DNA of 20,000 nucleotides from Fonticula-like sp. SCN 57-25 (taxonomy: Eukaryota). The notes beneath the pieces are model-generated. The model worked only from the letters and a program-made list of their open reading frames with translations. It searched no databases and had not been told where the DNA came from. This document shows, one piece after another, positions 1-9,634 of the stretch. The stretch is from NCBI GenBank assembly GCA_001724245.1, contig MEDX01000011.1:59124-79123 (forward strand), read 5' to 3'. Position numbers and translations under genes: made by a program. How positions within the stretch are numbered: the stretch's first letter is position 1; each line of letters starts with the position of its first letter.

Positions 1-2929
1 TTCCGCGCTCACCAGCAGCTGCACAATCGCCTCAATCGCACCCTCCGCGTCACGGTGACCAAGCACGTCCGCCGCGTCCACCGGCACGACCTTTTCCATG
101 CGTCAGTCACAGTCACAGCCAATCAGCGAGCGACGTACCACGCGGATGGCGCGGCGGCGGAACGAGTTGAGGTTCTTGAGCGTGTCCTTGCGGCTGGCGC
201 GCATCGGACGGCTCGAGTTCTGGAACGTCGTCGAGCTGGCGGCGGTGCCGCGCGTGTTGAGTGTCGCGGCGGCGCGCATGGAGCAGTGGTGCGCGAGCTG
301 CACGAGCAGAGGGACGAGCGGCGGGTCCTCGGCGATGGCGAGCGAGCACAGCTGCTCAAAGAGAGGGTGACGGCCAGAGCGACCGCGGTGGCCCTGGATA
401 GAAAGGTGAGAAGGTCATGTGGAGAAAAGTGGAACATGTACCTCAAAGGAGAACTCTTGGATCGCTTCCTCGGCAAACAGGCTGTCGAGTAGAAGCGCGT
501 CATCGCCCTCGGGCATATTTGCCTCGCCTATAAAATTGCACAAAACGGCACAAAATGGCACAATGGTACAAAAACAAGAACAACAACAAATTATCAACAG
601 CGTAGTGAGCATTTCATATCAAAAAAGCATTAACGCACTGTACGACCGCAGCTTCAAGTGCGCCTCGAGGCTTGCAAGCACGATGGCTGGCTCGTTCCTC
701 ACAAGCTCCTCCATCCTGGCGCGGTCCGCCTTGTCCGCCGGCGTCTTATTGAGCCTAAACTGCGCGATGGCGCGCTCGACGATGGCGTCCACCTCTGTCG
801 CCGTGTTGCGCGCCATAAGAATGAGCTGCTCGTCGGTGGCGAGCGGCGCGTGCTGCGGCTCCTCGTTCAGCCACTGCCGCAGCGACGGCTCGACAAGGTC
901 GTTTAACGGCGTGCGAGTGCGGAACGCGCGGAAGGCCGCCGACGCCTCGGCAGAGTCCGCCTTGGCGAGCGCGGCGAGGCTATCGCCCGACGCTTGGTCG
1001 CCGCGGAAGACGGTCAGGAAGCGCGCGACGAGCTCGCGGACGGGCGCTTCGAAGCGGGGGAGGTGCTGAAGGAGAGCGACTACAAGGGCGGGGGACTCGA
1101 GCAGCTCGTCATCCACAAGAGAGTGGACAACTTGAAGCAAAAGTGACGTCTGCTCGGCGGTCAGCGGCGTTTGCTGAAAAAAAGTCGGTCAGCATCAGCA
1201 GCAAAAGAGCAGAGAGACAATCAAGAATGACACACTCAAGTATGAGACAATCAAATGGATAGACACGGCAATCAAAGAGGTAACAAAATGAGCAAATCCA
1301 CTTTATCAAAGACAACAAACATGTAATGTAAATCGCACCTGAGCGCGCTGCTGCAGCTCGAGTGCCGCATCGATGAGGTGCTTTGCGCGGTGCCTCCTCA
1401 GCGACCACACGCGCGACGTCGCAAGCGCGTCGAGCTGCGCCGGGCTGAGCACCTCGCTGCCGTCGCCCGCCGCCTCCGCGCCCGCCGTGACGAGCACGCG
1501 GTCAAACTGGAGCTGCCACGCGCCGCCCGCGCTCCACATGCCCACATTGTGCGTGTCGCGCGTCGGCACCCACACTCGCGGGCTGTCCAGCTGCAGCGGG
1601 TACTGCACCTCGCGGATCAGCGCGCCCGTGCGGATCGAAAAGACGCGGCAGGATGTAAAGTTGAAGACAATGGCGTGCGTGCGGTGGAGCGCAAAGGAGA
1701 GGACGCGCGTGTCCATCGTGCCGGCGGGGAGTGTGCAAAGAGGCTGAAGTTGAACGCCGCCGTCTGCAATGCGGCACAGAACCTGTCAAAGGCATCAGTA
1801 AAAGGAAGAATATGGTGCAAAGAGGGTAAAAGGGGCATGTAATACTGCAAAACGTACCAGACGACCGGTGGATTCGAGTACGACGAGCTCGTGCGTGGAA
1901 GGGTGCGATGCGACACCAGAAATGTGCGGGATCCGAACGGTGTCGGAGAACGCGTCCTTTGCAACGGCCCGCGCGCCGGCGTCCGTGCCGGGCGTGTAGC
2001 CAACCTTGTAGTCAATCATCTCCTCATGGAAGGCGTCGGGGCCGGTGGACAGCGACGCGCCCCATACCTATGGCGATCGTGTTAGCTCACGAGTCATGAA
2101 CTTATAAGAGGAAAAAGATACGCACCAGTGAGTAGAGCTCTTGCTTTTTCCTTGAATAAAAATAGATCTGGTCGGGATCGCCCCTCCTGTGAATGTCGTT
2201 GGACACTGCGCTGACGATTGCAAACCCGCCGGTCGTCTCCCAGATGCCGCCGGCCGCCGAGACGCCGCACGCGACAGCGACGGGTAGCGATACATTCAGC
2301 TCAAAAGCATTGCTGCTGCCGCCTGTGTGTGTCCGAGCGGCCGCTGTAAACGATACTTCTTGCAGAAAAACGTCCGACATGGCCGGATCGTCCGTCTCGC
2401 TTGCCGCCAACGCATAGACAACATAGATTTTGTCAGAGTGCAGCGCGACGCGCCCCATGGAAATGTTGAGCGTCCCTTGTGAAAAGAGCTTGACGCCGCT
2501 GTGCACGCGCTCCCACACCATCGCGGTCGATGCCAGGTAGCGCCACAGCTCGAGGGAGCCGTCCTGCCGCAGGCAGCACAGCGTCTGGACATGATCGCGC
2601 GCGCCCACGCCAATATCAAAATCGTTCGCAACAAAAACGTCTACAATAGGCGACGTGTTCTCCGTCGAGTGAAGCGGTTGAGCGGCCATTCCGCCAAAGC
2701 CCGTGTCGACAACGGCGCGCTGCCGACCCCCTACCTGCCGCGCGCCGACATCCCCGGTCGATGAAACGGCATCCACCGCCGCGAGCTCGTATTTTCCGGG
2801 CGATGGCGACACGCTCAGTATCAAGTGGCCCTTGGCATTCCACACGCGCTGTACCGTGGGCCACACGGACGTCAGCGGGAGCGGACTCCGCAGCGGCGGC
2901 CAGCAGTACTCGACGCGCTCGAGCCGCAT
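1..2929 (-). CDS. HPS6: BLOC-2 complex subunit HPS6-like protein (N-terminal beta-propeller plus helical C-terminus); 3' end lies beyond the left edge of the window
   Basis: Exons 2929-2126, 2067-1858, 1782-1339, 1149-639, 527-442, 393-139 and 90-<1 join in frame across six GT-AG introns. Blocks are colinear with my recollection of human HPS6: SPIVDVF..LRQDGSLELWRY..WERV vs SPLDAFF..VWESGLAEVWG..WRPL; SFALHRTHAIVFNFTSCRVFSIRTGALIRE vs [58 protein letters not shown] vs [25 protein letters not shown]. Confidence 0.7.
1214..1258 (+). repeat. Degenerate 15-bp tandem repeat (3 copies) in HPS6 intron 3
   Basis: GAGACAATCAAGAAT / GACACACTCAAGTAT / GAGACAATCAAATGG at 1214, 1229 and 1244, followed by a further partial CAATCAAA copy. 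Confidence 0.6.
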
Positions 2930-3088
2930 CACAACACAGGTGCAAACTGCAAACTACGCATGATCACCCGACCGCGCTGAGTAGTGACAGCATCACACAT
3001 TGATCGAAGCGGGGCAACGGCAACACGGAGCGACGCTTGAAATTGGGCTCGCAGCAGCACTGCGCCTCTCAAGTGGGCGCTATTCATC

Positions 3089-4423
3089 ATGAGCATGCGA
3101 TATGGCGCCTTGGCGCAAATACACGCAAGGTTCGTGATCATACACCATTGTTGTTGGAAACTGACATAAAAACGGGATTGGTAGTAAGGCGCTCACGATG
3201 CTGTGCATGGCCGCTGCCGTGGTGCTTATTGCCGCGCGCGCAGACGGCCTCATCAACGCGTCGCTCTGGTCCGTATTTGTACCGCTCTTTGTGTGGGACG
3301 CGGCGGCGATCGTCGGCGCTGCAATGGGACTCGCGGTGCTTGTCCGGCTGCCCGCCTACGAGTGCGCTTCAAACCCGAAACCGTATCCCGCGTGGCTAAC
3401 AGATACTTTCCTCTTTATCAGAATTGAGCCCACTGACCACGAGGACGTCAAGAACATTCTTTTGACGGCGAGCCTCTTTGTATGCAAGCTTGTCTTTGAG
3501 CTGTTGGTGTGCGCCAAGGTTGATGGCGCGGTCATGATGTCGTGGTCCCTGGTCTTCATCCCGTCGTACGTGCTCGCCGTCGCGAGCATGGCTGTCTGCG
3601 TGTACCAGAAGCGGCACGAGCGCCCGGCAGACGTCGAAGGCGCGTTCGCCCTCCTCGCGCTCTTTTTCGTGCTCCTGCCGCTCAAGCTGGACGGCGTGGT
3701 CGACTGGGGGTGGCAGGTGCGCTCTCTCCTCCCCGCCATGCTTGCGCTGACTGAGCGCGGCCCGTAGATTGTGTTTATCCCTATCTGGATCATGCTCGCG
3801 ATTGGCACGGCCGCGGTGCTCTTCTTTGTCTTTGTCTACATGGGCTCCCAGCCCGCGCTCGAGGACGACCGCTCAGAGTACATCGGGCGGCTCGCCGTGC
3901 TCTCCTTTGTCGTCGCAATGATGGCCGTTTCCACGGTACGTTTCTTATTGCCTGTTTGACTGCCATTACTGAACTGGATTTGTGTGCTTTTGCTTTTCTT
4001 GTTGCTACTAGGGATTGATCACGGCAAGACTGAGTGGCGCCATTGACGGGCTGTACACGGCGATGGTCACTCCTTTCCTCGCCGCCTGCGCCGTCGTCTT
4101 TTGGAGAAGCATCGTCCGAAGCGGCGGTAACCCATGTTCGTGCTTTCTATCTGTTGCATTCTGTTCTGACGCTCCTCTGTCGTAGGGTGGTTTGGACTCA
4201 GGCTACATACCAACCGCGAGAACGAATTCCTCCCCGTGTTCAAAGAGGTACGATAGTCTTTTTTGCTTGTGTATTGGCTGGCCCGCTCACTTGCTCTGAT
4301 TAGGATGAGGGCGAGGCGCAGCCGCTCAATGGGGAATCCAGCTTGATCGACGACGAAAAGGCCGAGCCAGTCGTTACTTTTACACCGCCGCCGCCAGTGC
4401 GGTCGCTCATGGTGCCCGATTGA
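3089..4423 (+). CDS. TMEM185: TMEM185 (FAM11) family multi-pass membrane protein
   Basis: Exons 3089-3129, 3185-3361, 3422-3716, 3768-3935, 4012-4135, 4186-4247, 4304-4423. Repeated (R/K)xDG-xxxW-xW-xxVFxP units; N-terminus GALAQIHASKALTMLC resembles GLFQDFNPSKFLIYAC; spliced GGNPWWFGLR resembles GGNHWWFGIR; C-terminus ends SLMVPD. Confidence 0.85.
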
Positions 4424-4613
4424 GCAGCCGTATGAGTAGTACCTTTTTTGTCATATCGTGTAATGTTTTATATTAGCCCATTTTGGTACAGTACCTTTTC
4501 CATGTTGTGTTTTCTCGGTTCGTGCGCGACACTGAATAACAAACGATATATTTAATGGTTATTGTACAGCTATACACACAAAGAAACAGCGAAAATGGCC
4601 CGCGAAGCGGCGC

Positions 4614-5553
4614 TCACCCGTACGACTGCCGCGCGAATTCCCGCAGGTCAGCCGCACTTACCCTGGACGCCGCGCTCTCACCAAACGTGCTCGACCATGT
4701 GCTCTGCTCGCGCCCCTGGCGAGACGCATTGTGCCGCCCGTAGGGGTCAGACGATACGGGCGCCGGCTGCCTCGTCGACCTGTTGAGCGGCGGCCTTTCG
4801 GCGGGCGCATTTGCCGTCGCGTGCCTGGAAGAGCGGGGGTGAGCAATACCATAAAGGCCAGAAATGGGCGCACCGCTTGGAATGGCGGTGCTCGGGGTGA
4901 GGATTGACAAGCTCTGAATCGAATAGCGAAAAGGATCCGTGTGATGATGAGGACGCGTTGAGAACGCTGCTGGCGTCGCTCATGGGAAAGTGCCACGCGT
5001 TGGTCATGTCTGACGCCGTCGACTCGTCCTTGGAGATCGCCGACAGGATCCCCGTCGTCGTCGTGAAAAGCGACATTGTCGACTCGGAAATAATGCTGCT
5101 CGAATCAGCGCGCAAGTCGACGTACGCCTTCTCTACACCGGCGCCACGAGGCCGCACGCCTCGGCGGGCCTGCGGCTGCGCGCCCGACGTGGGAAGCGGC
5201 CGCTCTGCTACATGCGATACGGCGGGAGGGGCGGCGGGACGAGCGGCTGCCGACTTGTTCGGGGAAGCAGGACGGACAACGGGCGCAGGAGGGAAGTCAA
5301 GTACGGCGGACGTCAACCCACCAGTGTGCATATGCACCATGCTCGTCTGCTGCATGCCGAGGAGGGCTAGCAGCATCAACTGGACATTCGAACGTTAGGC
5401 ACAATTAAATCATCAGTGATCGCTGCAAACCTTTTCGCTCATTGAAGCTGTCTTGTATGACGAGGCAAACTGCACGGCGCGGCCCTCGCCATCGAGCTGC
5501 GCCAGCATGTTTTCGCGCTCCTGGTTGAAGCGCTCCGCATCCGACACCTCCAT
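4614..5553 (-). CDS. Hypothetical protein of about 279 aa; short helical N-terminus followed by a Ser/Pro/Ala-rich, probably disordered region
   Basis: ATG at 5553 in ACC-ATG context, as for GET4 and RAD6. Exons 5553-5431, 5379-4874 and 4824-4614 join in frame through 51- and 49-nt GT-AG introns. No family recognised. Confidence 0.6.
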
Positions 5554-5660
5554 GGTCAGTTTGATTTGATGACCGTTTGAGTGTAACGTCTAATTCAAAA
5601 TCGCATGCGATTCTGCGCACTTCACCGCTGGAGCACTTCTGCCTGTGACGACTGCACACC

Positions 5661-6832
5661 ATGTCGGATGTCGTGGGGGCCGCGCTGAGCAAGGGCGAGG
5701 TAGACCTGAAAGAGGGCCGTGTTTACGAAGTGGCACAGCACTACAAGACCCTCTTTAGTCGGTACGAGCTTTCCCTTTTGCTCCACGCCGCCGCTAAGCA
5801 CCACGTAGCTGGGTGAAGAAGGGCAACACGACCGATGCGCTGAATTTGGCGTCCCGGGGCGGCATGCAGCTCTGCTACTACAAAGAGTACCAGTCCGCCG
5901 TTGGACTGTGCGAGATGGCCATTGAGCAGTATGGTCTGCTGAAGACGCCGGTTACTGCAGAGTCAAAAGGTGCGACTGGCTTGGTGCCAAGGTTCCTGCC
6001 GGGCTGACGCTGCATTTACGCACGTAGAGCGGCTTTTGGCTGTGGCGCGCTGCATCCCTCCCGACAACGCCTCGAACCCGACTTTGTACAAGTCCATTCT
6101 TGGCTGGACGACGAGGACGACCGGCACCAAGATTGGCGACGCCCAGGTCCGCATCGCCTTTGGCAACGACCTCTGGACGGCCGGACTGCACCAAGAGGCC
6201 CAGACGCAATTCTTCCAGGGCGACGTCCAGTGTGCGGAGCGGCTGGCAAACATTGTTTTTGAATGGGTTTTGGAGACGTCGGAGCTGGAGCAGCTCCCGC
6301 GCTTCTCTGTGCGCATCATTCTTCAGTGCGAATTTGGCTCTGGATCCTTGCCTGGTCTAATGCTTGACCCCTTCCTTCAGGTATGTCATGATGAAGAAGC
6401 TGTCGGAAGCCGAGGCTGCGCAGGGAGTTTTTCTGTCGCTTCTTTCCGCTAAATTCCCGTCGACCATCCTGGCAAAGGAGACCACCAACGATGGACCGTG
6501 CGCATTCTCAACGATATATGCTCTGTATCTAATATCTGCGATGTAGCCTTTTCGTCACCAAGTTTGCGCTTCTGAACTTTTCGAGTTTGCTAATAAGGAC
6601 TGTCCGCCGGACGTCGCAAGAGCTGTTCACGGCGCTTGCGGTCAAGTACGCCGACTATCTCGAGATCGAGCCCGAGCTCAAGGAATCGGTGAAGCAGATC
6701 GAGAACGCGTACTTTCCCAAGCCCACCCCGCGCGGCGGAGACTTGTCCAGCATCTTCCAAAGCCTGCTTGGCGGCGGCGGCTTTTCGTCACCCGCTTCCG
6801 CGAGCAGCAGCTCGGCTGCCGAGCTCGACTAG
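5661..6832 (+). CDS. GET4: GET4/TRC35 tail-anchored protein targeting factor
   Basis: Exons 5661-5761, 5809-5969, 6028-6325, 6381-6497, 6547-6832. GRVYEVAQHYKTLFSRW matches the GxxYEAHQxxRTxxxRY motif; also GDAQVRIAFG (GdpxLH-like), RIILQY, LLNFSSLLI..V, and ..IENAYF..DLSSIFQSLLGG near the C-terminus. Confidence 0.85.
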
Positions 6833-6894
6833 TCGTGCCTGACATCGAGTAGACAAATAGGATATATTTTAATATAATTTTTATCATGCAATGC

Positions 6895-7179
6895 CTACAG
6901 CTTGAGCTTTTGCCTGACGGCGACACGGTCCTCCTCATACGGCAACGCTGCCAGCAGCTTGTCCGCGTCCGACGCCATGTGCGGGTACAGGGCGGCGGCC
7001 ATGTCGACCTTTGCATCACCAAAGCGCACCGTATCGAGGAACTTTTTCCCTTGCTCGAGCGACAACGTCGTCTGCGCCACCGCCGTCTTGATCAGCTTGA
7101 CGCGGTCCTTCTCCAGGCGCACGCCCATGACCTGATCTACGAGGTCCTCAAACACCTTATCGCTCAGCGGGGTCGCCAT
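6895..7179 (-). CDS. Small intronless DUF4476-like all-helical protein (94 aa)
   Basis: ACC-ATG at 7179. MATPLSDKVFEDLVDQVMGVRLEKDRVKLIKTAVAQTTLSLEQGKKFLDTVRFGDAKVDMAAALYPHM..LPYEEDR follows the DUF4476 pattern (msd..F..l....f.sdr..l........s..Q...l...f.f...k......lyp). Confidence 0.65.
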   Translation of the reverse strand: MATPLSDKVFEDLVDQVMGVRLEKDRVKLIKTAVAQTTLSLEQGKKFLDTVRFGDAKVDMAAALYPHMASDADKLLAALPYEEDRVAVRQKLKL

Positions 7180-7236
7180 GGTGTTTGGAACCGCCTCGAC
7201 TGTCGAGACTGTGTCGAGATGAACAATTTGAAAGTT

Positions 7237-7244
7237 TGACGTCA
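7237..7244. promoter_or_regulatory. Perfect CRE palindrome (TGACGTCA) with adjacent CHR-like TTTGAA (7227-7232) in the 96-bp spacer between the DUF4476-like gene and RAD6
   Basis: Exact match to the bZIP CRE consensus inside a tiny divergent promoter; function untested. Confidence 0.35.
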
Positions 7245-7275
7245 TCGGTTGTTGAGCTTTGGCTTGCTCAGCACC

Positions 7276-7956
7276 ATGTCGACCCCCGCACGCCGCCGCC
7301 TCATGCGCGACTTTAAGCGGTGCGCTGCGGAACTTTGAAAACCTTTGCTTAACGTGTGTATATTTGTTGCGCCTATCAGTCTTCAGAGCGATCCGCCAGC
7401 GGGCATCAGTGGCGCGCCATGCGAGGACAATATTCTTCTCTGGAATGCCGTGATTGTTGGCCCCGCCGACACGCCTTTCGAAGACGGTGCGATCGCCCTT
7501 TCTTCGCGGTCTCCCATGGAGGCTAATAATGAAATAGGCACATTCAAGTTGACGCTGCAGTTTAATGAAGAGTACCCGACAAAGCCGCCGGTCGTGCGGT
7601 TCGTCTCGAAAATGTTCCACCCGAATGGTACGCGCGTGTCTGCCTCATGTACATCGCTCACGCAGTGTGGGATGCTCTCAATTTTCAGTGTATGCGGATG
7701 GACAGCTCTGCCTTGATATTTTGCAGAACCGTTGGAGCCCAACGTACGACGTCGCGGCTATTCTCACGTCAATCCAGGTACGTTAAGGACTGCTTTTTCG
7801 CAGATGCCGCAGTGCTGACATCGGGACTAGTCGTTGCTCCACGACCCGAACCCGAACAGCCCCGCCAATGCGGCCGCCGCGCAGCTTTATCAGGAGAACC
7901 GGCGGGAATACTTCCGCAAAGTCCGCGATACAGTCGAGAGCAGTTGGACGGCATAG
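7276..7956 (+). CDS. RAD6: Ubiquitin-conjugating enzyme E2 RAD6/UBC2 (UBE2A/B orthologue), 151 aa, no acidic tail
   Basis: Exons 7276-7319, 7380-7486, 7538-7627, 7689-7777, 7831-7956 give [17 protein letters not shown]...[48 protein letters not shown], with the HPN motif and catalytic Cys. Confidence 0.97.
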
Positions 7957-8185
7957 CCGCTTCCGAGTGTTCCCCGTTCCCAGAGTCGAAGCTGTCCATG
8001 TTTTTGTTACACCCACCTCACCTGTAATGGCAAATACAATATCATATATATAAAAGCTTTTTGTTGGACGCTCTTTGAGGGGACACAGTGTTGGAAAGGT
8101 AATTCTGTAACTGTGTTTACTGCAATATTCTATACACAAGATACTCAGCTGGCCCGCTTGGGAACACTCTGGCCGGCAAGCCGGC

Positions 8186-9144
8186 TTAATTGATATCGAT
8201 GTAGTGCTTGTTCTTCTTCTCCATCTCATCCTTGTGGTTAAAGGTGCGGAAGGTGCGGAACTGGACGACGATGCCGATCAATGCAGCGATGGGGCAGCAC
8301 ACGAGCATCGCAATGCAGGCGGCGCTGAGCCCTTCCGGATCAACCGTCGTGTCGCCCTGCACAAAAAAGCAGAGTTAGCGCAAGTAGACTCAAAGGGCCG
8401 CGCGCGTACCGAAAGGATCTTTTCCATGGCGTCCTTGAAGCCAGTGTCGGCGAACGTGTCCACGCCGAGGAAGAACTGGTACGAGCCGACCACCGACGTG
8501 CCCAGGATGAGCACGGGCTTCTGGAAGACGAGCGCAAGGATGCCCATCACAATAATCTAGAATAGCCGCGCGTTAGTTAAGCGCGGCAGGCCGGGGCGGC
8601 GAGCAGAAGACGCACCATGCAGCCGATAAAGATCCAGTACCACGGGGACGACTGGATGGCAGCCGTGGGGCTGACCATCGAGAGGATCCAGACGGAGAAG
8701 AAGAAGCCGGCAAGCGCGCCGACGAGGAAGATGCCGACCTTCATGAGGAACAATGTCAAAATACCCATCAGGATGCCCGCGCCTATGCAAAGGGCGGCAT
8801 GTCAGTGGGACGCCCATGCGACGCACAAAAAGCGCACCCATCGAAGAGCCAAAGATAATCCACTCCTCGTTCTCTCCGTAGTCGACGTTGATAGCAACCA
8901 TAATGGTGTAGCACAGCCAGTATCCAAAGAAGAAGCCCGCGAGGAAGACGACGGCCTTGAACAGGCGGTACCCAAAGAAGAGGAACATCAAGCCGGCCAC
9001 GATCAGCACAGCGCCAAAGATTGCGTCCGACGTCTCGAGATCCCCCTCCTCGCTCAGACCGATCGGCATGCCCATGGCGGCCGTCACGGCGCCGAGAAGC
9101 ACAAGCAGGCTGCCCTGCAGCTGAGCCACCTTGCTGGATTCCAT
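8186..9144 (-). CDS. TMEM198/TM7SF3 (DUF4203) family multi-pass membrane protein with probable signal peptide
   Basis: Exons 9144-8838, 8782-8616, 8556-8410, 8356-8186. Motifs FLFFGYRLFKAVVFLAGFFFG, VGIFLVGALAG, QKPVLILGTSVVGSY..GVD and GIVVQF; hydrophobic N-terminal leader; C-terminal YIDI (YxxPhi-like). Confidence 0.85.
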
Positions 9145-9201
9145 CACTACTGCAGACTGCCTCAGGTTCAACAGTATCGTGTTGCCAAAACGGGAGTACT
9201 T

Positions 9202-9244
9202 GACCAATCAGGAAGGCGGTCAGGGCAAATCGACCAATCAGGAA
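9202..9244. promoter_or_regulatory. Two identical CCAAT boxes (GACCAATCAGGAA at 9202-9214 and 9232-9244) upstream of the TMEM198-like gene
   Basis: A 13-bp exact direct repeat 30 bp apart, matching the NF-Y consensus RRCCAATCAG, about 60-100 bp upstream of the ATG at 9144. Confidence 0.5.
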
Positions 9245-9634
9245 CTAGAACCGTCCTGGCCACGGGTACTTGCCCCCCATGACGCTCCCTTAAAGTGGCC
9301 GATAACGTCACACCGCATAATTCCCTGAAGAAATGTTGAAGAAATGGAAGCATTCCGAGCAAGAGTAAAGGGGGCTAATAGAAGGAACGCAATTACTCTG
9401 CAATTACTCTGCGTCACGCATTGGGAACAACCAACTAATCTAATGAACGTGCTATATGCACCCTCGAACAAAAATTCAGACCAGTGGAAAAGCCAACTTG
9501 CTTATTTAATTTCAGTGCTCTTTCTTTACATTGTCCATATATTTGCGTGTGCTTGCATGCTTCTATAGTGCGCAGCCCTCTGACCGCGTCTCTTATCTTT
9601 GTTGTTGTTGTCAGCAATCACTCAATCACGTGAC

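Noticed and set aside
55..1069. Plus-strand ORFs 55-492 and 419-1069
   Set aside because: They are antisense shadows of the spliced HPS6-like gene; long shadow ORFs are expected at this GC content.
4904..5398. 164-aa plus-strand ORF
   Set aside because: It lies antisense to the minus-strand model, which has a good start context and two in-frame introns; no independent support.
7180..7620. N-terminal extension of ORF 6895-7620 as an overlapping gene antisense to RAD6
   Set aside because: The extension crosses RAD6 exons and introns and has no protein-like features; DUF4476 similarity begins at the ACC-ATG at 7179.
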